IMG/VR virus record: IMGVR_UViG_3300031972_001807
Location: 1-39,908 of that record
Direction: 5' to 3' (one strand)
Origin: a virus
Taxonomy: Duplodnaviria > Caudoviricetes
DNA: 39,908 nt
In this document: piece after piece, positions 7,776 through 16,834 of the stretch
How positions within the stretch are numbered: position 1 is the first letter of the stretch
Layout of the letters: every line of letters starts with the position of its first letter
Notes under the pieces: generated by a model
What the model was told of the DNA's origin: nothing
Databases searched by the model: none
Seen by the model: the letters and a program-made list of their open reading frames with translations, nothing else
Position numbers and translations under genes: made by a program

Positions 7776-9515
7776 ATGGAAGACCAAGATATGAAACGCG
7801 CACTGCGCGTGACCGAGAGCCTCAAAGAAAGCCGTAAGCCATACGAGGGCCACTACCAACAGCTCGAGGAACATTTCATGCCTCGGCGCGGGAACTTCAG
7901 CGGCGACCCAACCAGCCAAGAACAGTCCGAACGGGGCAAGCTTCTGAACCGCAAGATGCTCGATGGTACGCCCATGCGGGCTCTTCGCATTTTGCAGTCC
8001 GGTATGCAGTCCGGCATCTCATCCAAGTCACGCCCATGGTTCCGCCTGCAGCCGGTGGAACCTGACCTGCGTGAACGTAAGCCGGTCAAGAGCTACGTCG
8101 CTAACGTGACGATGGAGATGCGCCGCCTCGCCGAACGCAGCGGGCTCTACAACATGCTGCACACTGGCTACGGTGACCTGGGCTTGTACGGCACCGAGGC
8201 CGCCATCATCGAAAAGCTGGGCGACAAGGATCTACGCGGCATCGAGCTGGTGCCAGGATCCTACTGGCTTGGCATGTCAGACGATCGCACGATCGACACG
8301 CTCTATCGCGAGATGGGGATGACCGTGAACCAGATCGTCGGCAAGTTCGTCTACAAGAACCAGCGCTTCGGCGATCCGGATTGGGGTGTCGTGCCTGGCC
8401 GCATCAAGAACCTGTTCGACAAGGGCGACATATCCAAGATCGAGGCCGTCTGCCAACTGATCACACCGCGCACCGAGCGTGACGAGCGGCGCATGGATGG
8501 CCCGAACAAGAAGATCGCCAGCCAATACTGGCTGAAGCTCGATGACCGCAAGGAGAGCGCTAAGCGGCTGTCCGGCGACTTCGGGTACGACAAGAGCCCG
8601 GTCAGTGCATCACGTTGGAACGTCAACGGGTATGAGGTTTACGGTACGAGCCCAGCGATGGAGACATTGCCGGACGTCAAAGAGCTGTTCGCCAAACGTC
8701 GGGACTATATGGAGATGTTGCGCCGGTTCAACCGTCCGCCCATGAACGCCCATTCGAGCCTGCGGAACAGCAAGTTCTCGCTGATGCCCGATGCGATCAA
8801 TTTCATGGACGACCCGAACAAAGGCCTGGTGCCTGCGTACCACGCGACACCGCAGTTCGGACCGCTCGGCGAGGACATCGAGATGTCCAAGGATGCGATC
8901 TGGTCCGGCATGTACGCCGATCTGTTCATGATGATCAGCAACATGCCAGGCGTCCAGCCACGGAACAACGCCGAGATCGTGGAACGCAAAGAAGAGAAGC
9001 TCATCGCGCTAGGCCCGATGCTCGAACGTCAGCACTTCGAGAAGCACCGGCCGCTGGTCGAGCTGCTCTTCGAACGCGTTGTCGAGAGCGGGGCCGCAGG
9101 CGAGCCACCGAAAGAGCTCGACGGTAAAGAGCTCGAGATCGACTTCGTGTCCATGCTCGCCCAGGCACAGAAGGCCGTCAGCACCGGATCGATGGAGCGC
9201 TTCGCATCCTTCGTCGGGAACATGGCTGCCGTGAAACCCGGCGTCCTGGACAAGCTGGACGAAGACCAGAGCGTCGACGAGTACGCCGATATGTTGGGCG
9301 TACCACCGAGCATCGTACGAAGCGACGATGAAGTGCAAGAAATACGCACCCAACGTGCGGAAGCAGAGCGGGCACAGCAACAGGCAGAGCAGGCGGTCCA
9401 GGCGACCCAGGCGATGCAACAGGGTGCGAACGCGGCCAAGGTCCTAGCCGAGACAGATGGCGGAAACCGCCAGGGAACACCAAACGATATCCTAGCCCGC
9501 ACCGGGCTAGCTTAA
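7776..9515 (+). CDS. Portal (head-tail connector)
   Basis: 579 aa after terL; GMQSGISSKSRPWFRL, RW....EVYGTSPAM, EIVERKEEKLIALGPMLER, FVSMLAQAQK typical of T7/BPP-1-type portals. Confidence 0.92.
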   Translation: MEDQDMKRALRVTESLKESRKPYEGHYQQLEEHFMPRRGNFSGDPTSQEQSERGKLLNRKMLDGTPMRALRILQSGMQSGISSKSRPWFRLQPVEPDLRERKPVKSYVANVTMEMRRLAERSGLYNMLHTGYGDLGLYGTEAAIIEKLGDKDLRGIELVPGSYWLGMSDDRTIDTLYREMGMTVNQIVGKFVYKNQRFGDPDWGVVPGRIKNLFDKGDISKIEAVCQLITPRTERDERRMDGPNKKIASQYWLKLDDRKESAKRLSGDFGYDKSPVSASRWNVNGYEVYGTSPAMETLPDVKELFAKRRDYMEMLRRFNRPPMNAHSSLRNSKFSLMPDAINFMDDPNKGLVPAYHATPQFGPLGEDIEMSKDAIWSGMYADLFMMISNMPGVQPRNNAEIVERKEEKLIALGPMLERQHFEKHRPLVELLFERVVESGAAGEPPKELDGKELEIDFVSMLAQAQKAVSTGSMERFASFVGNMAAVKPGVLDKLDEDQSVDEYADMLGVPPSIVRSDDEVQEIRTQRAEAERAQQQAEQAVQATQAMQQGANAAKVLAETDGGNRQGTPNDILARTGLA

Positions 9516-9531
9516 CCGAGGAGAAAGAACG

Positions 9532-9795
9532 ATGAGCAATGAAGCAGAAGTACAGCGGGTGAAGATGGACGCACGGCGGCCGATGGTGTCCACCATGGTT
9601 AGCGCGTTTCTTACTGAGTACGAGGACGTTGGCAACGACGGCCAGGCGGCGGCTGACGTGGTCATGGCCACGATGATCATCATGAACACGCTGGGCGTTA
9701 CCATCGATCAGGTCCCGGGCATGATGCTTGCGGGCGCAGAAAATGCAAAGCGTGGTGCGGCGGCCCTGTTGGGCGCAGACCCCGACGACCTGTAA
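9532..9795 (+). CDS. Hypothetical protein
   Basis: GAGGAG RBS. Confidence 0.65.
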   Translation: MSNEAEVQRVKMDARRPMVSTMVSAFLTEYEDVGNDGQAAADVVMATMIIMNTLGVTIDQVPGMMLAGAENAKRGAAALLGADPDDL

Positions 9796-9804
9796 GGTAC
9801 ACCT

Positions 9805-10110
9805 ATGAATGACGAAGCGAACATGAGCAGACGGCAAGCGAAGACCCACAAGGACTTCTTACAGACTGCCAAGAGTGCCCTCGAGAACGATGACACTCGG
9901 GTTCTTGTTCGTTGGATTTTGGATCAGGCCGGGGTGTATGATACATCCAGTTCTGATGCAGGAACCCGGCGGGATCTCGGCTTAGAGATCATCGCCATGT
10001 TACATGCGATCGATCCGTACGAATATGTGCGGTTAATGAAAGAAGCCGCGGACGATGTCGTTCGCAAACGGAACGAAGCACGGAGGACTGATAATGTTTC
10101 TAGTGAGTGA
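9805..10110 (+). CDS. Bbp19-like protein
   Basis: RVLVRWILDQAGVY...GTRRDLGL motif; position between portal and scaffold. Confidence 0.6.
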   Translation: MNDEANMSRRQAKTHKDFLQTAKSALENDDTRVLVRWILDQAGVYDTSSSDAGTRRDLGLEIIAMLHAIDPYEYVRLMKEAADDVVRKRNEARRTDNVSSE

Positions 10111-10873
10111 TATGCTCCGCAAGCACCGCGTCTACGCGCCAGAAGATGGCACGGGTACAGGCGGCGGCGAAGGCGGCGAAGGCGGTGAGAACACCGCGGA
10201 TGATACTGCAGGGGATGAAACCCCGGCAGGTGACGACACCGATACCGATGATGGTATCGTTCTGGGTGGGGATACCGCAGAAGGCGATGACACCCCCGGC
10301 GAGAGCGACGGTGACGACAGCAAAGATGATGACGCGGACGGCAAAGAAAACGACGCCGAAAGCGAGGACGAAAGTGAAGGTGCTCCAGACGAGTACGATT
10401 TTACGGACGTCTTGCCGGAAGGCTTCGAGATCGATGCTGCTCTGCTTGAGGCTGTGACGCCAGCGATGCGCGAGTTGAACCTGACACAAAAGCAGGCAAA
10501 CACGCTCACCGCAGCGTACGCTGAGGCTCGCAAGGCTGAGGCCGAGGCCTCTGTCCAGGCCGTTAAGGATACCCTCAGCGGGTGGAAAGCAGACGCCAAA
10601 GCCGATAAAGAAATCGGTGGCGGTAACTGGGATGCAAGTGTTCAGGTTGGCAATGCAGTCATCCGGCAGTTCGGCACCCCAGAGCTGATCAAAGACGTGC
10701 TCGTCGGACAAGGTATCGGGAACCATCCCGAGATGATCCGGTTCATGTCTCGGGTCGGCAAAGCTGTCGGCGACGACACCCTGAACACCGGGGAACAAAC
10801 AGACACGTCGGATGCAGTACCACAAGAACAGCGCTGGTACGGCAACACGACCCCAACCACGAAGAAAGGCTAA
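10094..10873 (+). CDS. Capsid scaffolding protein
   Basis: GGAGG RBS; acidic low-complexity N-terminus, APDEYDF, LNLTQKQA, GIGNHPEMIRFM; precedes capsid. Confidence 0.8.
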   Translation: MFLVSDMLRKHRVYAPEDGTGTGGGEGGEGGENTADDTAGDETPAGDDTDTDDGIVLGGDTAEGDDTPGESDGDDSKDDDADGKENDAESEDESEGAPDEYDFTDVLPEGFEIDAALLEAVTPAMRELNLTQKQANTLTAAYAEARKAEAEASVQAVKDTLSGWKADAKADKEIGGGNWDASVQVGNAVIRQFGTPELIKDVLVGQGIGNHPEMIRFMSRVGKAVGDDTLNTGEQTDTSDAVPQEQRWYGNTTPTTKKG

Positions 10874-10877
10874 ACCA

Positions 10878-11873
10878 ATGGCTACTGTTGGCAACTCCTA
10901 CCTATCGCTGGCGGATCTCCGCAAGCAATCTAACAAAGACGATGACATCGCCGATATCATCGAGATCATGGCGCAGCAGAACCAGATGATGGAAGATGCA
11001 CCCACGTTCGAATGTAACGAGGGCAATTCTCACCTGACCACGATCCGTGCCGGTCTGCCTACACCAACATGGCGCAAGCTGTACCAAGGTGTGCAACCCA
11101 CCAAAGGCACAACCACTCAGGTCACAGACACCACGGGCTTCCTCGAAGACTGGTCCGAGATCGATGCCAAGCTGGTTGACAAAGCCAAGAACCCAGCCAA
11201 GTTCCGTATGAACGAAGGCAAGGCGCACATCATGGGTATCGCAAACGAGGTCGCATCGACATTCGTTTACGGTGACACCGCGACCGACCCAGAGAAGTTC
11301 ACCGGCATCACTGCCCGGTTCAACTCGTTGTCGGCCGATAATGGTAACCAGATCATCGACGCAGGCGGCACAGGCTCCGACAACACGTCGATCTGGTTCG
11401 TGACCTGGGGCGAACAGACTTGCCACTTGCTGCACCCTGAAGGGTCTGCACTGGGTGTGAGCCGCATGGACAAAGGCGTTCAGACGAAAGAGAAGCCCGA
11501 CGGCTCGCTTTACGACGTCTACCGCGAGAAGTTCATGATGGACATCGGCATGTCCGTACGTGACTGGCGCGCGATCGCACGTGTGGCGAACATCGACGTC
11601 AGCGACCTGACAGCCGATGCGTCCACTGGCGCTGACCTGCTGGATTACATGATCGACGCATACTATGCGTTGGACAACCCAGGCCGTGCCGATGGCAACA
11701 CTGTCATCTACACTTCGCGTACGATCGCCAAGTTCCTGCACAAGCAGGCGATGAACAAGGACAACGTCCAGCTGACCATCGAAAAAGCTGCAGGCCAGCC
11801 TGTTGTTGAGTTCCTCGGTCACCCGATCCGTCGGATGGACGCCCTGCTCGAAACTGAAGCTCGCGTCGTCTGA
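10878..11873 (+). CDS. Major capsid protein (BPP-1/epsilon15 type)
   Basis: 331 aa; TTIRAGLPTPTWRKLYQGV, IIDAGGTGSDNTSIW, VRDWRAIARVANID, FLGHPIRRMDALLETEARV. Confidence 0.93.
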   Translation: MATVGNSYLSLADLRKQSNKDDDIADIIEIMAQQNQMMEDAPTFECNEGNSHLTTIRAGLPTPTWRKLYQGVQPTKGTTTQVTDTTGFLEDWSEIDAKLVDKAKNPAKFRMNEGKAHIMGIANEVASTFVYGDTATDPEKFTGITARFNSLSADNGNQIIDAGGTGSDNTSIWFVTWGEQTCHLLHPEGSALGVSRMDKGVQTKEKPDGSLYDVYREKFMMDIGMSVRDWRAIARVANIDVSDLTADASTGADLLDYMIDAYYALDNPGRADGNTVIYTSRTIAKFLHKQAMNKDNVQLTIEKAAGQPVVEFLGHPIRRMDALLETEARVV

Positions 11874-11888
11874 TAGCGCGCTGACCTG

Positions 11889-11907
11889 GGGGCGGATGAG
11901 CCGCCCC
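11889..11907 (+). other. GC-rich hairpin after capsid gene
   Basis: GGGGCGG-ATGAG-CCGCCCC, no U tract. Confidence 0.45.
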
Positions 11908-11941
11908 TGGGACACCAACCTTGAACAAGGGAAAACGGAAA

Positions 11942-12376
11942 ATGATTTTCGATAGCACTAACCTGTTCTCGGATAGTCAGGCGATCACCGCATCTGCCGT
12001 ATCTGACAACGTCATCGACCTCGGGGTAACACAAACCCCGAAGCACGCAGCTAACGCGATCACTCGCGACATCGGCAAAGGCACGCCGATTGAACTGCGC
12101 GTTCAGGTCACCGAAGACTTCGCCACGCTGACAAGCCTGGTGGCGTCGATCCAAACATCTGACGACGAAGCGTTCACATCCCCCGTGACTGTACTCAGCT
12201 CGCCCGCTGTACCTGCCGCCGATCTGGCTGCCGGTTATGTGTTCCCGCTGACCATGGTCCCACGCGGCACGATGAAGCGCTATGTCCGCATGAACTACAC
12301 CGTCGCAGGCTCCGATGCCACGGCTGGCGCGGTTCTCGCAGGCTTCACGTTCGCCAACGATCAGCGCGACGTCTAA
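11942..12376 (+). CDS. Capsid cement/decoration protein (Bbp16-like)
   Basis: MIFDSTNLFSDSQAITASAVSDNVIDLG...KRYVRMNYTVAG; directly after capsid. Confidence 0.8.
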   Translation: MIFDSTNLFSDSQAITASAVSDNVIDLGVTQTPKHAANAITRDIGKGTPIELRVQVTEDFATLTSLVASIQTSDDEAFTSPVTVLSSPAVPAADLAAGYVFPLTMVPRGTMKRYVRMNYTVAGSDATAGAVLAGFTFANDQRDV

Positions 12377-12382
12377 GCACCC

Positions 12383-12406
12383 CGGGCGGCGAGCGATCGC
12401 CGCCCG
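12383..12406 (+). other. Perfect 10-bp hairpin with GNRA loop
   Basis: CGGGCGGCGA-GCGA-TCGCCGCCCG, no U tract. Confidence 0.55.
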
Positions 12407-12444
12407 ACACTTCCTTAACCGATGGATAAACTGGAGATGAAAAC

Positions 12445-12870
12445 ATGATTGAAGTTGTTGCAACCCGCGAAGGCTACAGCGGTAAGGTACGCAAGGAAGG
12501 TGACAAGTTCACCGTCCCGAACAAAGAGGCCGTGTCGAAACGGTGGATGCTCGAGAGAGGCACCCCTGAGTACGATGCGTTCATGGTTGATAGCCTTGCA
12601 CAGACAGGCAACGACGACGCCCGTATTGCGAACGAGCGCATCGCGTCCGGCGGCATCAATGAACAGCTGGCGATCGCGACAACGACGATCCAGCAATTGA
12701 CCGCCAAGGTGGCAGAGCTCGAAGCAGAGAACGCCGTCCTTAAAGACCAGGTGACCGCGCCTGTCGTCGAACCCGCCGCTGTTGACGCTGCACCGACAGG
12801 TGAGAACGAGAGCGAAAACGCAACTGTGACCACGGCCAAGACGCGCCGCCGTCGCTCATCGCAGAACTAA
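12445..12870 (+). CDS. Hypothetical protein with coiled coil
   Basis: GGAG RBS; GY.GKVRKEGDKF motif, heptad stretch, basic tail. Confidence 0.7.
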   Translation: MIEVVATREGYSGKVRKEGDKFTVPNKEAVSKRWMLERGTPEYDAFMVDSLAQTGNDDARIANERIASGGINEQLAIATTTIQQLTAKVAELEAENAVLKDQVTAPVVEPAAVDAAPTGENESENATVTTAKTRRRRSSQN

Positions 12871-12878
12871 GGTAGCCC

Positions 12879-13517
12879 ATGGGATACTCGAACATCGAGC
12901 TCGCGAATAACGCGCTGGACATATTGGGTAAGACCAATATTGCTTCGTTGACGGAGAACAGCACAGCTGCGCGCAAGATGAACTCGACGTTCGAGCGCAC
13001 CATCAACGCCGCCCTGGCGCGGTCCCACTGGACATTCGCGCGCCGGATCCAAGAGCTGGCCGGTCTCACTAACGACTGGTCAGAGCGCTGGGCGTACAAG
13101 TACGACCTGCCGTCGGATATGGCCACGGCTATCCGCCTCATACCAACGTACGATGTACCGAACGGCGTGCCGATCCGGTACGAGCTGGCGAGCGGCTCCC
13201 TCTATTGCAATGAGGCCTCAGCCAAGCTACAGTATGTCCGGCAGACCACCGCGACGTTGACCATGCCCGAACCTTTCTTGGATGCGGTCGCGTTCCTTTG
13301 GGCTCGCAACGTATCCATGCCGTTCACGAAGAAACGGGCGCTATGGAACGACTTGAACCAAGCGTATGAGACGCAGCTCGCCGAAGCGGTATCGCAGGAC
13401 AGCGGGCAAGAATTGACAGAGTACCCGCAGACAGCTGGAGGCTATGCTGACGACCGGGGCTCATCCACCGGACACGACAGTTCGAGCACTGGCGACGGGT
13501 CCATATACTGGGATTAG
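12879..13517 (+). CDS. Tail adaptor (tail tubular protein A-like)
   Basis: IELANNALDILG, HWTFARR, WAYKYDLPSD; synteny. Confidence 0.8.
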   Translation: MGYSNIELANNALDILGKTNIASLTENSTAARKMNSTFERTINAALARSHWTFARRIQELAGLTNDWSERWAYKYDLPSDMATAIRLIPTYDVPNGVPIRYELASGSLYCNEASAKLQYVRQTTATLTMPEPFLDAVAFLWARNVSMPFTKKRALWNDLNQAYETQLAEAVSQDSGQELTEYPQTAGGYADDRGSSTGHDSSSTGDGSIYWD

Positions 13518-13520
13518 AGC

Positions 13521-15851
13521 ATGACACGTAACGCACACCGGGCATTCTCTGGAGGGATCATGGGGTCGGGTATGTACCCGCGTCGCGACATCCCTAAGTG
13601 GTCTGCAGGTCTGAAGGACGCCGAGAACATCCTGCTTATGCCGCAGGGTGGTGTCGAGAACCGCGCCGGGACGCTAACCACGGGCGGTTTCGGCGTAGGC
13701 GAAAACGGTTATCCGCCCCGGCTCATCCCGTTCGAAGCGAGCGAAGATGACACGTACATGTTAGAGCTCGGCGACTTCGAGATGCGTATTCTGAAGAACG
13801 GCAGCTACGTACTTGACGACGACGAAGACACGTATCAGCGGACAGGGTTCGTTCTGACAGAAGAGAACCCCGCGCGGATATCGTTTGTCGCTACGGACCC
13901 CAGCATCGCTAGCGAGTACATATTCAACACGTTGCTGTACGTCAGCGACCCGACGGGTACCAGCCCGCTGCACGGTGCGGTCATACGAAAAACAGCGTCC
14001 GGTTCCGGATATATCGAGTTCGAGGTAGCCGAGGGCGTCACCGTCGATAACTCCGACGGGTCTTGGAACGGGCTCACAGCGGGCGCGTCATTAAGCGCGG
14101 TGTATCAGGCCTATTCTAGTTTTCCGATCGAGATACTTCACGAGCTTCAATACGCGCAGGATGTCGACACGATGGTGTTCAGCCATGCGGATTGGGAACC
14201 GACCACCCTCGTACGGGCGTCGGATACAGATTGGTTTTTCGCTGCGCTACCCCTGTCGCCGGGTCTCGACGCACCGGCTAACGTGTACGCCACGCAAGAA
14301 GTCGGGACAGGCTCAACGGCATACCAGTACGTTGTTTCAGCGGTGAGCGGCGAAAATGGCGAGGAAGGTTTGCCCAGCGCCATGAACGCGGCGGCCAACG
14401 ATCTAACGACCGCGGGTAACTCTAACGTGATCACGTGGGACGCGGTCGATGGTGCAACGTATTACCGCGTGTATAAAGAGTTTAACGGGATATACGGTTA
14501 CATAGGCATCACCCAGGCTGAAACGTTCATCGACGAGAACATCACACCGAACACTGCGGACAACCCGCAAACGGAGCGCGACCCCTTCGCCTCGGCGACC
14601 GACTGGCCCAGCGCGGTAGGTTTCATCGACCAACGCCTGACGTTTGCAGCCACTGCAAACAACCCGCAGGTAGTGGAAATGTCGACCAGCACGACGCCGT
14701 TCAACTTCAACCGGGCCCTGACGCCTGGTGCGAGTGACGCGGTATCGTTCCGGATGCGGGCCCAGAAGCTGAACCGCGTGTACCATATCCTCGATGCGGA
14801 TCGGCCGATTATCCTAACCGCCGGTGCCGAATGGTATATGCAGACGGAGAACGACGCGGGTGTCGCGCCAGGTAACTTCAGCCTGCGACCAAAGACGTTC
14901 CGCGGATCCGCCCAGTTCCCGCCGCCGGTCCTCATTGGCGAGACCGTGCTGCACGTGACACGAGACGGCAACACGTTACGCGAGTTCTCGCTGGACGTGT
15001 CCCGGGATAACGCGAGCGCGGATGTAACAGTCCTGGCCCGGCACCTTTTCCGCGGTAAGACGATCGCGTCGATGGCCTACGCCCAGTCGCCGAACAGCGT
15101 GCTATGGGTAACGATGACGGACGGCAGCCTCTACACGATGACGTATATCGAAGAGCACGAAATCTGGGGTTGGACAAAACAGGTTCTTGGCGGGACCGAC
15201 GTGTTCGTGCACCAGGTGGCGACGGTAACCGAGGGTGCGTACGACACGCCATACTTCGTTGTTTCCCGCACTCTCCAGGGACAGACCACGACACGGGTCG
15301 AGCGGTTGGACGATCGCAGCTTTTCCGATGTCGAGGATGCGTATTTCGTGGATTGCGGCGTACGATATGACGGCGATCCCGCCACGGTTATCGGCGGGCT
15401 GCCGCATCTGGCAGGTGAGGAAGTCACCGCGCTGGCAGACGGTAACGTCATAGCAGGGTTGACGGTGGCAGACAACGGCACGATAACCTTGCCCGCAGCT
15501 AGCTCGAAGGTGTCGGTCGGCCTGCCTTACGAGGCTTTCATGGTCACACTAGGCGAGGACTTCGGCGATCAGATCGAAGGCCTCGGATCCGGTCTCGGCC
15601 GGTTCTCGGCCCCGACGGAAGTCGCGGTCAAGGTCGTCGACACGCGCGGCATATCCGCTGGTGTGGAAGGCGGGTATCTTAACGAGGTGAAAGAGTTCAC
15701 TGGGGCGAACCCGATACCGCTGGTCACGACAACGCATTTGGTCACGATCGAAGGCGATTGGGACATGGATGTGTCTATCGAGGTCCGCCAGGCGTACCCC
15801 CTACCGATGACGGTCACCGCGATCGCGCCCGAGTGGGAGCTAGGTGAATAG
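13521..15851 (+). CDS. Tail nozzle (tail tubular protein B-like)
   Basis: 776 aa; FSGG start, PQGGVENRAGT, RLIPF, YAQDVD, QRLTFA, DVTVLARHL, FVDCG, QAYPLPMTVTAI end. Confidence 0.88.
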   Translation: MTRNAHRAFSGGIMGSGMYPRRDIPKWSAGLKDAENILLMPQGGVENRAGTLTTGGFGVGENGYPPRLIPFEASEDDTYMLELGDFEMRILKNGSYVLDDDEDTYQRTGFVLTEENPARISFVATDPSIASEYIFNTLLYVSDPTGTSPLHGAVIRKTASGSGYIEFEVAEGVTVDNSDGSWNGLTAGASLSAVYQAYSSFPIEILHELQYAQDVDTMVFSHADWEPTTLVRASDTDWFFAALPLSPGLDAPANVYATQEVGTGSTAYQYVVSAVSGENGEEGLPSAMNAAANDLTTAGNSNVITWDAVDGATYYRVYKEFNGIYGYIGITQAETFIDENITPNTADNPQTERDPFASATDWPSAVGFIDQRLTFAATANNPQVVEMSTSTTPFNFNRALTPGASDAVSFRMRAQKLNRVYHILDADRPIILTAGAEWYMQTENDAGVAPGNFSLRPKTFRGSAQFPPPVLIGETVLHVTRDGNTLREFSLDVSRDNASADVTVLARHLFRGKTIASMAYAQSPNSVLWVTMTDGSLYTMTYIEEHEIWGWTKQVLGGTDVFVHQVATVTEGAYDTPYFVVSRTLQGQTTTRVERLDDRSFSDVEDAYFVDCGVRYDGDPATVIGGLPHLAGEEVTALADGNVIAGLTVADNGTITLPAASSKVSVGLPYEAFMVTLGEDFGDQIEGLGSGLGRFSAPTEVAVKVVDTRGISAGVEGGYLNEVKEFTGANPIPLVTTTHLVTIEGDWDMDVSIEVRQAYPLPMTVTAIAPEWELGE

Positions 15852-16332
15852 CATGGGTATCCATATAACGCACACGGGATACGATGACATCGAAGATCTG
15901 CGCCGGAACATGCGGGACATGGACCGGCGCGAGATCGCAGCGCTAACACCGCATCGTACGGTGAACGATGCCCTGGTCAGCATACTCGACGAGGGTAACC
16001 TGTCTTTCACGGCGCGCGATGACGACGGAGATCTCGTCGCCATCTTCGGTATCTACGAGCCGACAGCCCTCGGATCGGCCGCGTCACCGTGGCTTCTCGG
16101 GACTGAAATTTTGTTTAAGCACACACGGGACCTCGTGCTATTGTCGCGGGAAGCGGTGCAGGCGTGGTCACGTAAGTACGACGTTCTGCACAACGTAGTA
16201 TGGGCGCAGAACGTAAAATCTATACGGTACCTTAAGGCCGTCGGTTTCACGTTCAGCGATCTCAAGACAGCCCCGCGGACAGGGGCGGAATACTACGAGT
16301 TCGAGATGATACGGAGTGACGATAATGTGTGA
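15844..16332 (+). CDS. T7 gp13-like internal virion protein A (GNAT-like)
   Basis: MRDMDRREI, PWLLGT, LHNVVWAQNVKSIRYLKAVGFTF; follows nozzle. Confidence 0.7.
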   Translation: MNSMGIHITHTGYDDIEDLRRNMRDMDRREIAALTPHRTVNDALVSILDEGNLSFTARDDDGDLVAIFGIYEPTALGSAASPWLLGTEILFKHTRDLVLLSREAVQAWSRKYDVLHNVVWAQNVKSIRYLKAVGFTFSDLKTAPRTGAEYYEFEMIRSDDNV

Positions 16333-16825
16333 ACCGACAACCTTGATGATAATGGCCGCCGTGACAAGCGCGGCCGGTGGTCTCTATGCCGCGGATGCCC
16401 AAGCCAACGCAGCCGAGTACAGCGCGGATCTCAACGACAAAAACGCCATCCTCGCCGATCGGCGGGCTAAGGATGCGATCGAGCGAGGTCAACTGGAAGA
16501 GAGCCGCAAGCTGCAAGAGGGTACGCTGCTGCGGAAAGAGCAAGAGGCGACATTCTCCTCGGGGAACGTCGACTTCGGCTTCGGGTCCGCGCTGGATATC
16601 ATCACCTCGAGTGCACTGGCAGTCGACCAAGACGCCGCGTTGATCCGTATGAACGCAGAGCGCGAGGCTGAAGATTTCGAGCTGCAAGGTTACAACTATC
16701 GCACGCAGGCTAACATCGACCGAACAACGGCGAGCAACGCACGGACAGCCGGGTTGTTTGCGGCGGGCGGTGCCATCCTTGACGGCGGTGCAGGCATCTT
16801 CAAATACAACGCCGGTTTGGCGTAA
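16325..16825 (+). CDS. Internal virion (ejection) protein
   Basis: MCEP start, Ala/Gly-rich helical, GSALD motif; synteny. Confidence 0.75.
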   Translation: MCEPTTLMIMAAVTSAAGGLYAADAQANAAEYSADLNDKNAILADRRAKDAIERGQLEESRKLQEGTLLRKEQEATFSSGNVDFGFGSALDIITSSALAVDQDAALIRMNAEREAEDFELQGYNYRTQANIDRTTASNARTAGLFAAGGAILDGGAGIFKYNAGLA

Positions 16826-16834
16826 GGGGAAAAC

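Noticed and set aside
10140-10380. Low-complexity GGCGGCGAA and Asp-rich repeats
   Set aside because: Encode the ordinary acidic, disordered N-terminus of the scaffold.
10902-11918. 338-aa antisense ORF over the capsid gene
   Set aside because: Shadow frame from GC-rich codon bias; no motifs or RBS.
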